Part shown: in pieces, positions 9,664-19,745 of the stretch
Layout of the letters: each line of letters starts with the position of its first letter
Numbering within the stretch: position 1 is the first letter of the stretch
Origin: Deltaproteobacteria bacterium
GTDB taxonomy: Bacteria > Desulfobacterota > Desulfobacteria > Desulfobacterales > C00003060
Length of the DNA stretch: 64,000 nt
Assembly: GCA_019307135.1 (NCBI GenBank)
Contig: JAFDKF010000004.1
Span: forward strand, 2,591 to 66,590
Direction: 5' to 3'
Notes under the pieces: model-generated
Databases searched by the model: none
Seen by the model: only the letters and a program-made list of their open reading frames with translations
Told to the model about the DNA's origin: nothing
Position numbers and translations under genes: made by a program

Positions 9664-10548
9664 CTACGTTCCCGTCAATCTGCGCAGGGCCTCCTCATAT
9701 TTTCTGCGGGTGTTTTCAACAACCTCCGGCGGGAGTTTGGGTGCAGGCGGCCTTTGGTTCCAGTCAAGTGAAAGAAGGTAATCTCGCACGTATTGCTTAT
9801 CAAAGCTCTTCTGAGGTCCGCCTGGGCGATAGGTGTCTTTGGGCCAAAAGCGGGATGAATCAGGGGTAAGGATCTCATCGATCAAGGCCAGTCCCCCGTT
9901 GATCAGACCAAACTCAAACTTGGTGTCTGCTATTATAATGCCGCGGGATTCAGCAAACTCCACCGCCCTTTCGTAGATGGCCATGCTAACATCCCTGAGC
10001 CGGGCAGACAGATCCTTGCCCACCATATTTTCGACTTGTTCAAAGGAAATATTTTCATCATGTGCTCCGATATCCGCCTTGGTCGAGGGAGTAAACAAAG
10101 GCTCCGGGAGCCGGTCGGATTCTTGCAAACCTTGGGGAAGTCTCATCCCGCAGATTCTTCCAGATTCCAGATACGACTTCCAGCCAGAACCAGAAAGATA
10201 TCCTCGAACGATGCATTCTGCTGAAAGGGGCTCTGCCTTGCGAACCAGCATGCTCCGATCCCTTATGATATCAATGTATGGATGACATGCCTCCGGAAAC
10301 CGCTTCACATCAGCAGTGATAAAATGATTCGGAATGAGACCTTCCATCATTTCAAACCAGAACCTTGACATCTGGGTCAGGATGCGACCTTTTCCCGGGA
10401 TGGGACTCGGCATCACCACATCAAAGGCGGAGATGCGGTCTGTGGCAACCATTAACAGGGCATCCCCCAGATCATATATGTCCCTCACCTTGCCCTGTCT
10501 CAGCAAATTCAAGTCAGGAAAGACTGTATCATATAAAGTAATTTCCAA
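9664..10548 (-). CDS. purC: SAICAR synthase
   Basis: [42 protein letters not shown]. Confidence 0.97.
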   Translation of the reverse strand: MEITLYDTVFPDLNLLRQGKVRDIYDLGDALLMVATDRISAFDVVMPSPIPGKGRILTQMSRFWFEMMEGLIPNHFITADVKRFPEACHPYIDIIRDRSMLVRKAEPLSAECIVRGYLSGSGWKSYLESGRICGMRLPQGLQESDRLPEPLFTPSTKADIGAHDENISFEQVENMVGKDLSARLRDVSMAIYERAVEFAESRGIIIADTKFEFGLINGGLALIDEILTPDSSRFWPKDTYRPGGPQKSFDKQYVRDYLLSLDWNQRPPAPKLPPEVVENTRRKYEEALRRLTGT

Positions 10549-10733
10549 GGTCTACTCCTCTCTCCACAAAGCCTACCGATCTTGCCCGTGCGCATCTTAG
10601 GATTAGCCAGCATTGAAGCTACCCGGTGTACCTGGCGATGGCAGGCGGGAAGCGCCTAAAGTTCAAGGTCCGAATTCCTCAATTCCCCAATCCCTGAATT
10701 CCTCAATTCCTCAATTCCGCACTCCGCATTTGT

Positions 10734-11837
10734 CTACTCCGGCAACTCCTCCCAGCGATCCCCCAGTTTCTTCATCACCTGTGGGAGGGTTGTGTACTCC
10801 ATCGCATCCATCGGCAGGCGATGCGGCTCAAACGGCCCGTGGCGGCGCATTTGATCGGCTAAGACGTTGCATGACCGGCGAGCCTCGTTGAAGCCAGGGT
10901 CATCAAACATATCGCGGGGGCCGATCAGGCGGCCGCCGGCCAGTTGGAAGCCCGCGGCAATCACGCGTGGGGGGCCGTCGAAGCGGCTGGGTGTGGCATG
11001 ACGCACCGGTACGGGCATTAAGGGGCCGTAATGGGACCCGCGCATCCAGCCTTCAACAATGTGGGGCATGGTGAAAGGCTCCAAAGCCTCCCCCACAGCC
11101 GGGAAAATCCCCTGGCAGCGCACCGCACACACGGGGTCATCCTTGCCCACATATTTGCCGGCGATTAGTGCAAGTCGCTGGGTTGACGAGACAGAAGCGA
11201 TCTCGCCGTCCTTTGCATACACCGCCTTGACCACATACCGCCCCGCGGCACCAATGAAGACCAGCAGGTCATAGAGCTCTTCAGGGGCGTCAAAGAAGAT
11301 ACGCTTATGTCCTTTGACGTCGTGGACCTCAAAACGGAAGCCGGCGTGCATGCTCGGGGCAATGATGAGCCCGGCGGTGTTGAACGGATCCGCAAACATC
11401 TTATATAGGGGCAGGTTCCAAGCCCCGGCTGAGGTCTTGTCGGCCATAAAGACAATGATCGGCTCGGCCTCCCGCTCCGCGAACTCCATCTCGGCTACGC
11501 CGGGACCCATACCCTTGACGTTGCCGCTAAAAGCATCGGCCAGGAGGTCCTGCCCCACGCCGTACAACTTGAGCCGCCTGGCTACCTCGGTACATGCCAC
11601 AAAGACTTCCCATGCAAGCTGATGGATCTCCTCATTATCCTCCCCCTTGCGGTGAGTCATAATGAGCTGCAGGTCGTCGCCGCAGGCGGTGACATGGAAA
11701 TCCACAATCATTCCCTGCGATTGCGCGTTTCCCAGACGACCCTTTGCCTCATCGAGCAAGTCGCTGTGCATGGCGGAGTGCCCCACAAAGCCCCCCACAT
11801 CGGCCTTGATGACACTGAGTGTGATCTTGTCTTCCAT
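10734..11837 (-). CDS. fbp: Bifunctional fructose-1,6-bisphosphate aldolase/phosphatase (class V, archaeal type)
   Basis: IKADVGG..GH, GDDL, LYGVGQDLL, GNVKGMGPG, YVGKDDP, GWMRGSH, FDGPP, GPFEPHRL. Confidence 0.95.
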   Translation of the reverse strand: MEDKITLSVIKADVGGFVGHSAMHSDLLDEAKGRLGNAQSQGMIVDFHVTACGDDLQLIMTHRKGEDNEEIHQLAWEVFVACTEVARRLKLYGVGQDLLADAFSGNVKGMGPGVAEMEFAEREAEPIIVFMADKTSAGAWNLPLYKMFADPFNTAGLIIAPSMHAGFRFEVHDVKGHKRIFFDAPEELYDLLVFIGAAGRYVVKAVYAKDGEIASVSSTQRLALIAGKYVGKDDPVCAVRCQGIFPAVGEALEPFTMPHIVEGWMRGSHYGPLMPVPVRHATPSRFDGPPRVIAAGFQLAGGRLIGPRDMFDDPGFNEARRSCNVLADQMRRHGPFEPHRLPMDAMEYTTLPQVMKKLGDRWEELPE

Positions 11838-11902
11838 ATTACCCTCCTTTGGTCAATTGATTGATATAAACCACTACGTCTGGTACCGGTATCACAAAAA
11901 GA

Positions 11903-12143
11903 TCGTAGGCGTTCACAGGTTCACGGGTTCAGAGGTTCAGAGGTTCAGGGTTCAGGGTTTACTAAGGTGGTGCATTGAAGTCAGAAGTCTGATCTCTGAC
12001 CTCTGACCTCTGACCTCTGGAGCTAACTCCCAAGGTCAACGAAAGAAAGGTACCCCTGAACCCTGCCCGCCATTGCCAGAGATGCCAGCACTGCAGTTCG
12101 GATGCGAGCCAGGCGTTGGCAGGCGGGGGTGAACCTCTGAACG
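11903..12143. mobile_element. Heptamer-filled MITE-like element (GTAGGCGTTCACAGG...CCTCTGAACG) carrying a nested GC-rich micro-element
   Basis: Same termini as 3716, 14181-14368 and 38365-38553; a 46-bp segment (12014-12059) is the reverse complement of 3787-3832. Confidence 0.65.
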
Positions 12144-12329
12144 CGGGGTGCCATGGACAAACTTGTTTGTCCGTGCCCCTTTTCCGTTCAGTGACGGGAA
12201 CTGACGGCAACGGGGAAATTTGAAGAATACACATCACTGGAATCATTGAAGTACTGGACAGTCGTAATCCTTTGATATTCATGTCGACGCCTTCTACACG
12301 GACAAACAAGTTTGTCCATGGCACCCCGC
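12143..12329. mobile_element. REPIN/MITE with 33-bp perfect terminal inverted repeats
   Basis: GCGGGGTGCCATGGACAAACTTGTTTGTCCGTG at 12143-12175 and exact reverse complement at 12297-12329; each arm is itself a hairpin. Confidence 0.88.
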
Positions 12330-12349
12330 AATTGAGTGAATCTGTCATT

Positions 12350-12629
12350 CCCGCCTGCCGACGCCTGAGGCAGCATTCAGCTTATGTGCCAGCACCCGCC
12401 TGCCAGCGCCACGGTCGCCGAACAACTGCAATGCCAGCACACACGGCAATGGCGGGCAGGTCGACCACAGGGAAAAATCTTTTTTCTGGTTCCGATGCTC
12501 TGCGTCGGAACACTTTCCGATGGACGCTCTGCGTCCGTTCTCAAAGGCCTCCGGCTCGTAGAGCCTACGCCTCGGAGAGCGCAAAGCGCCCGCCGCAAAG
12601 TGCATTCCCACGCAGAGCGTGGGAACGAG
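12350..12629. repeat. GC-rich micro-element followed by a REP doublet
   Basis: CCCGCCTGCC...GGCAATGGCGGGCAGG, then GTTCCGATGCTCTGCGTCGGAAC ... GCATTCCCACGCAGAGCGTGGGAACGAG. Confidence 0.75.
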
Positions 12630-12726
12630 GCACTGATCACTGACCACTGATCACTGCTTTCATATTCTTTCTCATTACGCCTGACGGCTTGAGAACATTA
12701 CCGCATTTGATTCGTCCGGCATCATT

Positions 12727-14049
12727 TCAATTCTTAAGAGAGGGCTGGCCGGTAGTTTCCACGACACTCATCCACATATCCCCGGACGTATCCACCTGTT
12801 TTCGCTTTCCTACCGATGCCTCCATGGGGATGTGGACAATCTGATTGTTGCACAGCCCCACCAGCATTTTTGTCTTGCCGGCCATGCCGGCATGAACCGC
12901 ACCGCGGGCCAGAAAGCCACACAGGAGATGATCGCTGGCATTGGCAGAAGCACTCCGGATCGTATAACTGGGGTCAATATATTTGAGGTCAACCCCCATC
13001 CCCTGGTCGTTGAAATAAGCTTTAATAGTGTCTTTCAGAAAGACGCCAATGTCATGAAGCCGTATGTTTCCGGAGGCATCGCGTTCCTCCTCCCTGTTGG
13101 CAAAAAACTTCTGGCCTGTCCCTTCTGCCACGACAATCACGGCATGCTTTCTGAGGATCAAGCGTTCTTTGAGGGCTTTTAGAAGACCGTTTGGTCCCTC
13201 TAACTCAAAGTCTGATTCCGGGATAAGGACAAAGTTTACATCTGGCATGGCCAGGGTGGCTGCGGTTGCGATAAATCCTGAATAACGGCCCATGACTTTC
13301 ACAAGCCCTATCCCGTTCGGAGCACTGATAGATTCATTATGGGCGCCGCCTATGACATCAACCGCAATGCTCACAGCCGTATCAAAGCCAAAGGAACGAT
13401 CGACCAGATAGATATCATTGTCGATCGTCTTGGGTATGCCTATAACACCGATCTTCAATCCCCTCTTGTTGATTTCCTCTGAAATCTTGGCAGAGGCAAC
13501 CATGGTGCCATCTCCGCCAATGGTAAAAAGTAGGCCCACATTCATCCTCTCCAGCGCATCCACGATGCTTTCAATATCCTGATGTCCCCTCGAAGAGCCA
13601 AGAATGGTCCCTCCCCTCTCGTGGAGATGGGCCACAGATTCGGGTGTAAGCTCCATGACCTCATGACCATATGAGGAAATAAAGCCCTGAAGTCCATATC
13701 GGATACCGTAAATATTGCGCAGGCCATAGTTATAATAGAGCGCCAGCACGATCGCACGAATCACATCGTTTACTCCAGGGCAGAGCCCGCCGCAACTTAC
13801 CACTGCACACCGCAGCTTGCTGGGATCAAAAAAAATCTTCTTACGGGGTCCTCCCTGTTCAAAGGATAGAGGCTTTTTGCCACGCTTTATAGTCTTTACG
13901 ACATGATCCTCAAGGATGTTCACCAGAATCCGGTCTTTATCCGACACAAAACATCCTGATCCAGTGTCCTCTGATCGGGCACGAAGTGGAGAGGGAATCT
14001 TGGCAGGGCCAAGGGTCATAATTGAGGTGTCAAAATCTTCTTTGTTCAT
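12727..14049 (-). CDS. pfkA: 6-phosphofructokinase, probably ATP-dependent
   Basis: CGGLCPG, GGTILGSSRG, IGGDGT (GGDG = ATP type), PKTIDND, MGR, YIDPSY. Confidence 0.92.
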   Translation of the reverse strand: MNKEDFDTSIMTLGPAKIPSPLRARSEDTGSGCFVSDKDRILVNILEDHVVKTIKRGKKPLSFEQGGPRKKIFFDPSKLRCAVVSCGGLCPGVNDVIRAIVLALYYNYGLRNIYGIRYGLQGFISSYGHEVMELTPESVAHLHERGGTILGSSRGHQDIESIVDALERMNVGLLFTIGGDGTMVASAKISEEINKRGLKIGVIGIPKTIDNDIYLVDRSFGFDTAVSIAVDVIGGAHNESISAPNGIGLVKVMGRYSGFIATAATLAMPDVNFVLIPESDFELEGPNGLLKALKERLILRKHAVIVVAEGTGQKFFANREEERDASGNIRLHDIGVFLKDTIKAYFNDQGMGVDLKYIDPSYTIRSASANASDHLLCGFLARGAVHAGMAGKTKMLVGLCNNQIVHIPMEASVGKRKQVDTSGDMWMSVVETTGQPSLKN

Positions 14050-14180
14050 CCTGTGCGACCTCCGGTATTTGTCATTCCCAATCCTTTCTTTCCCAATTGG
14101 GCTCTGAATTCTATATGCACTAACCCTTTAAGATCAAGAATTATTTATCATTGAACATTTATCATTTATCATCTATTATT

Positions 14181-14368
14181 CGTAACCGTTCATGGGTTCA
14201 GAGGTTCAGGGTTCACCGAAAATCTGAACCGTTGATTCGTGTCACGGGTTCAGAGGTTCAGGGTTCACGGGTTCAACGCTTCAATGGTTCACGGGTTCAG
14301 GGTTGACCGAACAAAGGAAAGGCAACCCTGAACGGTGAACTATGAACCATGAACCTGTGAACGCATAC
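14181..14368. mobile_element. Heptamer-filled MITE-like element
   Basis: CGTAACCGTTCA ... TGAACGCATAC imperfect inverted ends; GGTTCAx/TGAACCx heptamers inside; sits between TTTATCA and TGATAAA repeats. Confidence 0.65.
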
Positions 14369-14404
14369 TATTATTCATTGTTAATAAATGATAAATGACC
14401 TGCC

Positions 14405-15163
14405 ATGAACATCCTCCTTACCAATGACGACGGTATCCATGCCGAGGGCCTTTGGGCGTTGGAAAATGCCTTGTCCGGTGAACACCGGACCACGGTTGTT
14501 GCCCCTGACATGGAGCGAAGTGCCGTGGGGCATAGTATTACCCTGTTACATCCGTTAAGGGTCAACACGATTCAGACAAACGGAGGCCAAGGCTACGCAG
14601 TCAGCGGAACCCCGGCCGACTGTGTCAAACTTGGAGTTCTTGAGATCCTGGAAGCCCCGCCTGACATGGTAGTCTCAGGAATCAATCCAGGGCCTAATGT
14701 CGGAATCAATCTTAATTATTCCGGAACCGTATCAGCAGCCAAGGAAGCAGCCCTCATGGGAATCCCTGCCATAGCAGTTTCACAAAATCCCAATCCGGAT
14801 AATGAATACAACGTTGCAGCAAATTTTGTTAGCACCTTGATTGCCAGGATCATAAGAAACGGTCTTCCCCCGGGTACCTTCCTGAACGTGAATGTGCCGG
14901 CCTGCTCTCCAGATCAGATTAGGGGGGTTCGTATAACCCGACAAGGGATATCCCGCCTCAAGGAAATCTTTTACAGGAGAACCGATCCGAGAAAGCAAAC
15001 CTATTACTGGCAGGGGGCCGAAACCCAGTTTTTCGATCACGATCCGGATACAGACGGTGCGGTCCTTTGCACAAACTACATTTCCGTCACCCCCGTCCAA
15101 TGCGATATGACAGACTATCAAGCCATGGAACACCTCAAAACCTGGGATATTGGCCTGAAGTGA
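14405..15163 (+). CDS. surE: 5'/3'-nucleotidase SurE
   Basis: ILLTNDDG, GTPADCV, SGINPGPN, YSGTVSAA. Confidence 0.97.
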   Translation: MNILLTNDDGIHAEGLWALENALSGEHRTTVVAPDMERSAVGHSITLLHPLRVNTIQTNGGQGYAVSGTPADCVKLGVLEILEAPPDMVVSGINPGPNVGINLNYSGTVSAAKEAALMGIPAIAVSQNPNPDNEYNVAANFVSTLIARIIRNGLPPGTFLNVNVPACSPDQIRGVRITRQGISRLKEIFYRRTDPRKQTYYWQGAETQFFDHDPDTDGAVLCTNYISVTPVQCDMTDYQAMEHLKTWDIGLK

Positions 15164-15204
15164 TTCAGGGACTTACAAGTCTCAGGATTTAGAATTCCGG
15201 GAAA

Positions 15205-16008
15205 CTACTTGTGAAGTTCAGAAAGGAAGCCCTGCATCCTCTGAAGAAGGGATTTCTTGATGTGAACCTTCAGGTAAAGGTCCCCAGGTTTTCCGCCCCC
15301 TTTTCCATCCTCGCCCATTCCCACAAGACGGATTCGTTGGCCTTCTCTGACTCGCGGCGGAATCTTGAGAACCAACTTCTTGGACTTTCTTCGGAAGAAG
15401 TAGGCAAATGGACCACCCTGCTGTGCTTGCTGGGGGCTCAGTTTAATGACATCGAGGATGTCTGAACCGTTTTCAGGCAACTCGATGCCGCCGATTTTTT
15501 CCAGAAAAAAGCGAGACAGCTTTCCCAGATGCCCTTGCAGCGGAAACTGCCATTGATCCTGTTCACGTTCTCCTGGATATCCAGCAAAAACAAACCCTTT
15601 GGCAAAAAAACCAGGCTTTTTGAATTCAAAGGCCCGGTATGCGTCCCCATAGAATTCCCGGAAAATATCTTCGTAACCCCTGAAGCCAAATACCTTGGCC
15701 ATTTTCTCGAGAATGTCGTTAATGTCTGAATCACGGAAAATATCCTCCTCAGAATAACTCCTTCTGAATTGGCTATAGGCCGAAGATCCAAACTGGTGTC
15801 TTAAGGCCTCGTATTGCCGTCTTTTGGCCGGATTTGAAAGAACAGCATAAGCTTCGTTAACGGCTTTCATTGTTTCGGAAGCTTCGGGATTTGCCTTGTT
15901 TCGATCAGGATGATATTTGAATGCAAGTCTCCGATAAGCCTGTTTGATCTGCTCCGCGCTGGCATGCGGTTCTACACCTAGAATTCGGCAATAATCTTCT
16001 TGATGCAT
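15205..16008 (-). CDS. DnaJ/CbpA-like J-domain protein
   Basis: J domain with YHPD; C-term KIPPRVREGQRIRL..G.G...GDLYL; no Zn finger. Confidence 0.9.
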   Translation of the reverse strand: MHQEDYCRILGVEPHASAEQIKQAYRRLAFKYHPDRNKANPEASETMKAVNEAYAVLSNPAKRRQYEALRHQFGSSAYSQFRRSYSEEDIFRDSDINDILEKMAKVFGFRGYEDIFREFYGDAYRAFEFKKPGFFAKGFVFAGYPGEREQDQWQFPLQGHLGKLSRFFLEKIGGIELPENGSDILDVIKLSPQQAQQGGPFAYFFRRKSKKLVLKIPPRVREGQRIRLVGMGEDGKGGGKPGDLYLKVHIKKSLLQRMQGFLSELHK

Positions 16009-16009
16009 T

Positions 16010-16198
16010 TTATTTTCTATCCTTTAACACAGGGTTGCTAGTGATCTTAGGAAAGACCCATGGGTCCTCAGGGTCCAATGTACCTTCTATGATCTCCCCT
16101 ATGGCGGCAGCGCAGTCAGTTTGCTGCTCTTTGCCACCAGAGCAGGTAATCGAGACAGTCCTCGCCTCGACGTCGATGCTGTCTATTGTGCAACCCAT
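16010..16198 (-). CDS. Small hypothetical protein (62 aa), coupled to the J-domain gene
   Basis: ATG 16198 with GAAAGGAAG upstream; stop 1 nt before the J-protein ATG; three Cys. Confidence 0.5.
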   Translation of the reverse strand: MGCTIDSIDVEARTVSITCSGGKEQQTDCAAAIGEIIEGTLDPEDPWVFPKITSNPVLKDRK

Positions 16199-16493
16199 TT
16201 TCTTCCTTTCTTCTGTTTGTAAGTCTTTGTGTCCCATACGTTTTCCGGAAACAAGTGGTTTCCGTTAAGCCGCATGTTCAGGCAGATAAACCCGGTAATC
16301 ACCCCTCAGGAGCCCAGCCACGTAATTGCAGCCAAAGGTGCGATGGGCAAGAACGGCTGTTTTGGGGAATCGCAGATAAGCCGACGGAGCGAAAGACGAG
16401 GTGTTAGCGCGAGGTAAACTCGTTCAAGTACTTGTTATTGTTGACTTGTGCTGATGTCGCTGTGTATGTTTCAAGTGTTGGCTCGCGTGCCTG

Positions 16494-16509
16494 TGCAATT
16501 TATATGCCA
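16494..16509 (-). promoter_or_regulatory. Sigma-54 (-24/-12) promoter
   Basis: Minus strand TGGCATATAAATTGCA, a near-consensus TGGCAY-N5-TTGCW. Confidence 0.7.
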
Positions 16510-16642
16510 TTTTACAGGGCCGATATAATACTGTCAAGTGAAATGTTGAGCTCCTGATGCAACGACTGTATGTGTTGTTGGCGTTTTCAATGAATGGAGA
16601 CTATAAGATCCCCCTTGAACTTGAGCCGGAAAGGGAAAGGGC

Positions 16643-16813
16643 CTGGACCGCAAGCTGGCGGCATTAGAAAAGAAATACGATGAGCAGTTCACAATTGTCT
16701 TTGACGCGATTCGTGAACTCATGACACCACCTGAAAAGCCAAGGAAAGGCATTGGTTTCGTCGTCAAGGAGCGCCGTGCGGCCTACGGCAAGCGTACAAA
16801 GGGCGGTAGATGA
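16643..16813 (+). pseudogene. 3' remnant of an ORF6N-domain protein (not in ORF track)
   Basis: Hand translation LDRKLAALEKKYDEQFTIVFDAIRELMTPPEKPRKGIGF...*; no start, N-terminal domain missing. Confidence 0.7.
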
Positions 16814-17114
16814 TCGCTGTTCCCTGCACGTAATCAAGCCCCTTTACAACTTCCACAGCAATTGGTACGTATCTTACAAGCGATGCAGTGTATATGTTTT
16901 AGGCGCAATGTCTTGCGGCATTACGGATAAGACATTGGTAAGACCTATCCAAGGGAAGGACAGAGGGTGGTCATGTCGTCAGTGACAAGGGGGGGGGCAA
17001 AAAGGTTGTAGAAAAAGGTGCTTACGCGGTGCGGGTAGATGATGAGGCGTAGCGGCATGCAGAAAATATCGTGCAAGACATTTTGAACAAATATGCAAAC
17101 AGGAGAGGAAGCTG

Positions 17115-17402
17115 ATGGCTGCAAACTCTGCTATTGAATGGACAGAAGCCACCTGGAACCCCGTCACGGGATGTACAAAGATCAGTCTTGGTTGCCAGAA
17201 CTGTTATGCTGAAAGGATGGCGCACCGTCCCAAAGCAAGGCCCATGTCCCCCTTATGGGCGAAAGGTGTCCGCGACCAGTGCCTTACTGCGGGGGTGCCT
17301 TTCTTCTTCAAGCAGTGGGAAGGATCAAACAATAAAAAAGCAGGCCGGGTATTAGATGGTCGAACGTGGGACGAGATGCCTGTGCTTGCAGAGACAGGGT
17401 GA
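17115..17402 (+). pseudogene. Gp37/Gp68 (DUF5131) gene with large in-frame internal deletion
   Basis: N-term [29 protein letters not shown] joined directly to C-term ARPM..W...RDQC...VPFFFKQW...[13 protein letters not shown]; central region absent. Confidence 0.88.
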
Positions 17403-17526
17403 GGAGTTGGGGTGTCCAAAGTTCATATGGGCAAATCAAAGACCAAGATATGAATTCGATTCGACCATCTCATTTGCCTTGGGGTTGCGATGTTGAAATA
17501 AGACGAATGTAGTTTCAGTAAAATGT

Positions 17527-17808
17527 ATGAAGGATGAACTCCTAAAACAGATCAAACCGCTGGCTGAGCAGTTACAAACACTGCAAGAACAAGCCGAGAG
17601 ACTTGGTATTTTTACTGGTGATCGGGAGTTGCTTGAATGCGCCGAATGCGGACTTGAAGAGGATGTCACAGCAGACGGTTTTTTGATTGTATGCAGAAAA
17701 CCAGTTCCCGGCACTGATACCGGCTTACGGTTTACCAAAGCTGTGGAAAACAAAGGAAAATACCTGTGTCCCGTTTGCGGGAAGCCAGCTCAATTTGGCG
17801 TCTCGTAA
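17527..17808 (+). CDS. Small Zn-ribbon hypothetical protein
   Basis: CAECG and CPVCG knuckles, 93 aa. Confidence 0.7.
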   Translation: MKDELLKQIKPLAEQLQTLQEQAERLGIFTGDRELLECAECGLEEDVTADGFLIVCRKPVPGTDTGLRFTKAVENKGKYLCPVCGKPAQFGVS

Positions 17809-17961
17809 CATATATTTTCATAGATACAGGATAACGTTCGTTGATGTATGCTAATCACAGATCAAGACTCGCTTTCCGCACCCGGTTCCGAGTGGCTTTT
17901 GTAAATGTGATTAATTTAACACTTTTGGATATGTGCAACTGAATGATAGGAGGTAAATGAT

Positions 17962-18243
17962 ATGGAGGATATTTTAACTATTCGTCTTCCGAACGAAATT
18001 AGCAAGATGCTCAATCGCACACCTGAAGAGATGTGCCGCGATATGCGCATTTATGCTGCGCTAATGCTTTTTCGTCTTGGCAAATTATCTTCAGGGGCTG
18101 CGGCATTAATGGCGGGCATCCCACGCGTGATGTTCCTTGACCTGTGTGCTGAGTATGACATTCCCATTTCACAAATTACACCGGAAGAGCTGCACCGAGA
18201 GGCCTTGCTCTTGGCCGGAGAAGAGGCAAGGGTTGGCATATAG
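17962..18243 (+). CDS. UPF0175-family putative antitoxin; tail possibly derived from a deleted DUF3368 toxin
   Basis: Strong AGGAGG RBS; LFRLGKLSSGAAALMAGIPRVMFL motif; ends ...REALLLAGEE. Confidence 0.8.
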   Translation: MEDILTIRLPNEISKMLNRTPEEMCRDMRIYAALMLFRLGKLSSGAAALMAGIPRVMFLDLCAEYDIPISQITPEELHREALLLAGEEARVGI

Positions 18244-18342
18244 CGGGAAAGGCCATGCGATTTGTAACTGACTAAGAGAGTGTCAGTACGTTTGATGTCT
18301 GTGTTGAAAGAACCAACCTGCTCGAAACACAATAGTGAGATT

Positions 18343-18411
18343 TAACAAGAAAAAGACGGGGCGTTTATGGATGGCAGAACGTGGGATGATATGCCTGTAG
18401 TTGCAGGTAAA
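18343..18411 (+). pseudogene. Second DUF5131 3'-end remnant
   Basis: AACAAGAAAAAGACGGGGCGT...GATGGCAGAACGTGGGATGATATGCCTGT (NKKKTGR..DGRTWDDMP) matches 17328-17390. Confidence 0.8.
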
Positions 18412-18585
18412 GAGAGAATCGGGTTTTCCCTGTTCACATGCGGAAATCGCGGATCAAAATGAAAGCCGGTTTTGTCATAGAATAGAATAAAGGATTACTA
18501 ATTTGACAGATAGGGCTGAAAAATGTCAAGATAGTCAAATGGTTAGATGGTTTGCGCAATCTTCCCTTTGCCCGGAGGTGCATTG

Positions 18586-18966
18586 ATGATTGACATTGAT
18601 AAACAGATCAGTTTTTGGCGCAACAGTGCTGAGGAGGATTTGGCCGTGGCACGTGATCTCGTTGACCGGAACCGTATACGGCACGGTTTATTTTTTGCCC
18701 ACCTCGCGTTGGAGAAGGCATTGAAAGCACATGTCTGCTGCGTAACGCAAGATATTGCACCCCGATTACACAACCTGGTTCGCTTGGCCGAGTTGGCAGA
18801 ACTCGATATACAACCCGCCCAGATGGATATTCTAGCGGAAATGAACTCCTTCAACATTGAAGGCCGCTATCCTGATACATTATCGCCGCCCCCATCTCAG
18901 GAGGAAGCCCAGCACTATATGACCCAAGGAGAAGAGGTATTTCAATGGTTGATCAGTATGTTTTGA
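18586..18966 (+). CDS. HEPN domain protein
   Basis: GGAGGTG RBS; AEEDL..A, FFAHLALEKALKA, PRLHNL, RYP. Confidence 0.9.
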   Translation: MIDIDKQISFWRNSAEEDLAVARDLVDRNRIRHGLFFAHLALEKALKAHVCCVTQDIAPRLHNLVRLAELAELDIQPAQMDILAEMNSFNIEGRYPDTLSPPPSQEEAQHYMTQGEEVFQWLISMF

Positions 18967-19280
18967 AAAGCGTGCGAAACTATTTGAAGGCTGTCCGAAC
19001 GGAGGGAATTGCCGTCCGATTTGGGATTATTTTCGGCTCTCATGCTACCGGCCGATCGGACCGTTGGAGTGACATTGACGTTCTCGTAGTATCTCCCCGT
19101 TTTGATGCCCCGCGGAACCGGCGGGATATAGACCTGCTTTGGCGTTTGGCAGCGAAATCGGACAGCCGGATCGAGCCAATCCCTTGCGGGGAACGCCAAT
19201 GGGAAGAGGACTCATCAAGCGCTATCGTGGAAATTGCCCGGCGCGAGGGTGAGACGATCAGCCTTGGTGAAGCTGAGTAA
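18945..19280 (+). CDS. Minimal nucleotidyltransferase (MNT)
   Basis: IFGSHATG....WSDIDV (GS-x10-DxD); overlaps the HEPN gene. Confidence 0.9.
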   Translation: MVDQYVLKSVRNYLKAVRTEGIAVRFGIIFGSHATGRSDRWSDIDVLVVSPRFDAPRNRRDIDLLWRLAAKSDSRIEPIPCGERQWEEDSSSAIVEIARREGETISLGEAE

Positions 19281-19349
19281 GAATCCCTGAGCACGACGTC
19301 ATCGGAAATCAGCAAAATACCAACAATTATCCAAACGGAGAGCGTCATC

Positions 19350-19468
19350 AATGATCAGCATTTAGGTGTTGAGGCCCATCTTCTTCAAGCAATGGAGAGG
19401 ATTGAACAAGAAAAAAGCAGGCCGGGTATTGGGCACGTGGGACGATATGCCTGTTGTTGCGGGGATAG
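19350..19468 (+). pseudogene. Third DUF5131 3'-end remnant
   Basis: TTCTTCAAGCAATGG...AACAAGAAAAAAGCAGGCCGGGTATT...ACGTGGGACGATATGCCTGT, close match to 17304-17390. Confidence 0.85.
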
Positions 19469-19663
19469 AGAGAGTTAGAGGCGTATCTTGACATGTGCTA
19501 ATCACAGATCAAGGCATGACCCCAAATCGTCGTCAATTGCCTTAGTTAGATGGTGTTGAAAAGCCGAGTGATAATCCATAGTTGGTATGCGCTAGGCAAA
19601 AAAGGATGGATGATACATCGTTTCTTGAAAAAGATAATGAAGCTCCATCAATTCAATTAAGGA

Positions 19664-19694
19664 TTGACAAATGGATAAAGATTTCTTATATAAT
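19664..19694 (+). promoter_or_regulatory. Sigma-70-like promoter for the Xre-ImmA gene
   Basis: TTGACA at 19664; TATATA 17 nt later, overlapping TATAAT 19 nt later; AT-rich context. Confidence 0.5.
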
Positions 19695-19745
19695 TGTCGA
19701 TATGATTAATAATAATATAAGAAATCATTATTGAAGGGGTATGTC

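Noticed and set aside
11962-12650. Several 60-128 aa ORFs; likewise 3325-3555, 5940-6281, 9409-9603 and 54947-55369
   Set aside because: They translate repeat and MITE sequence
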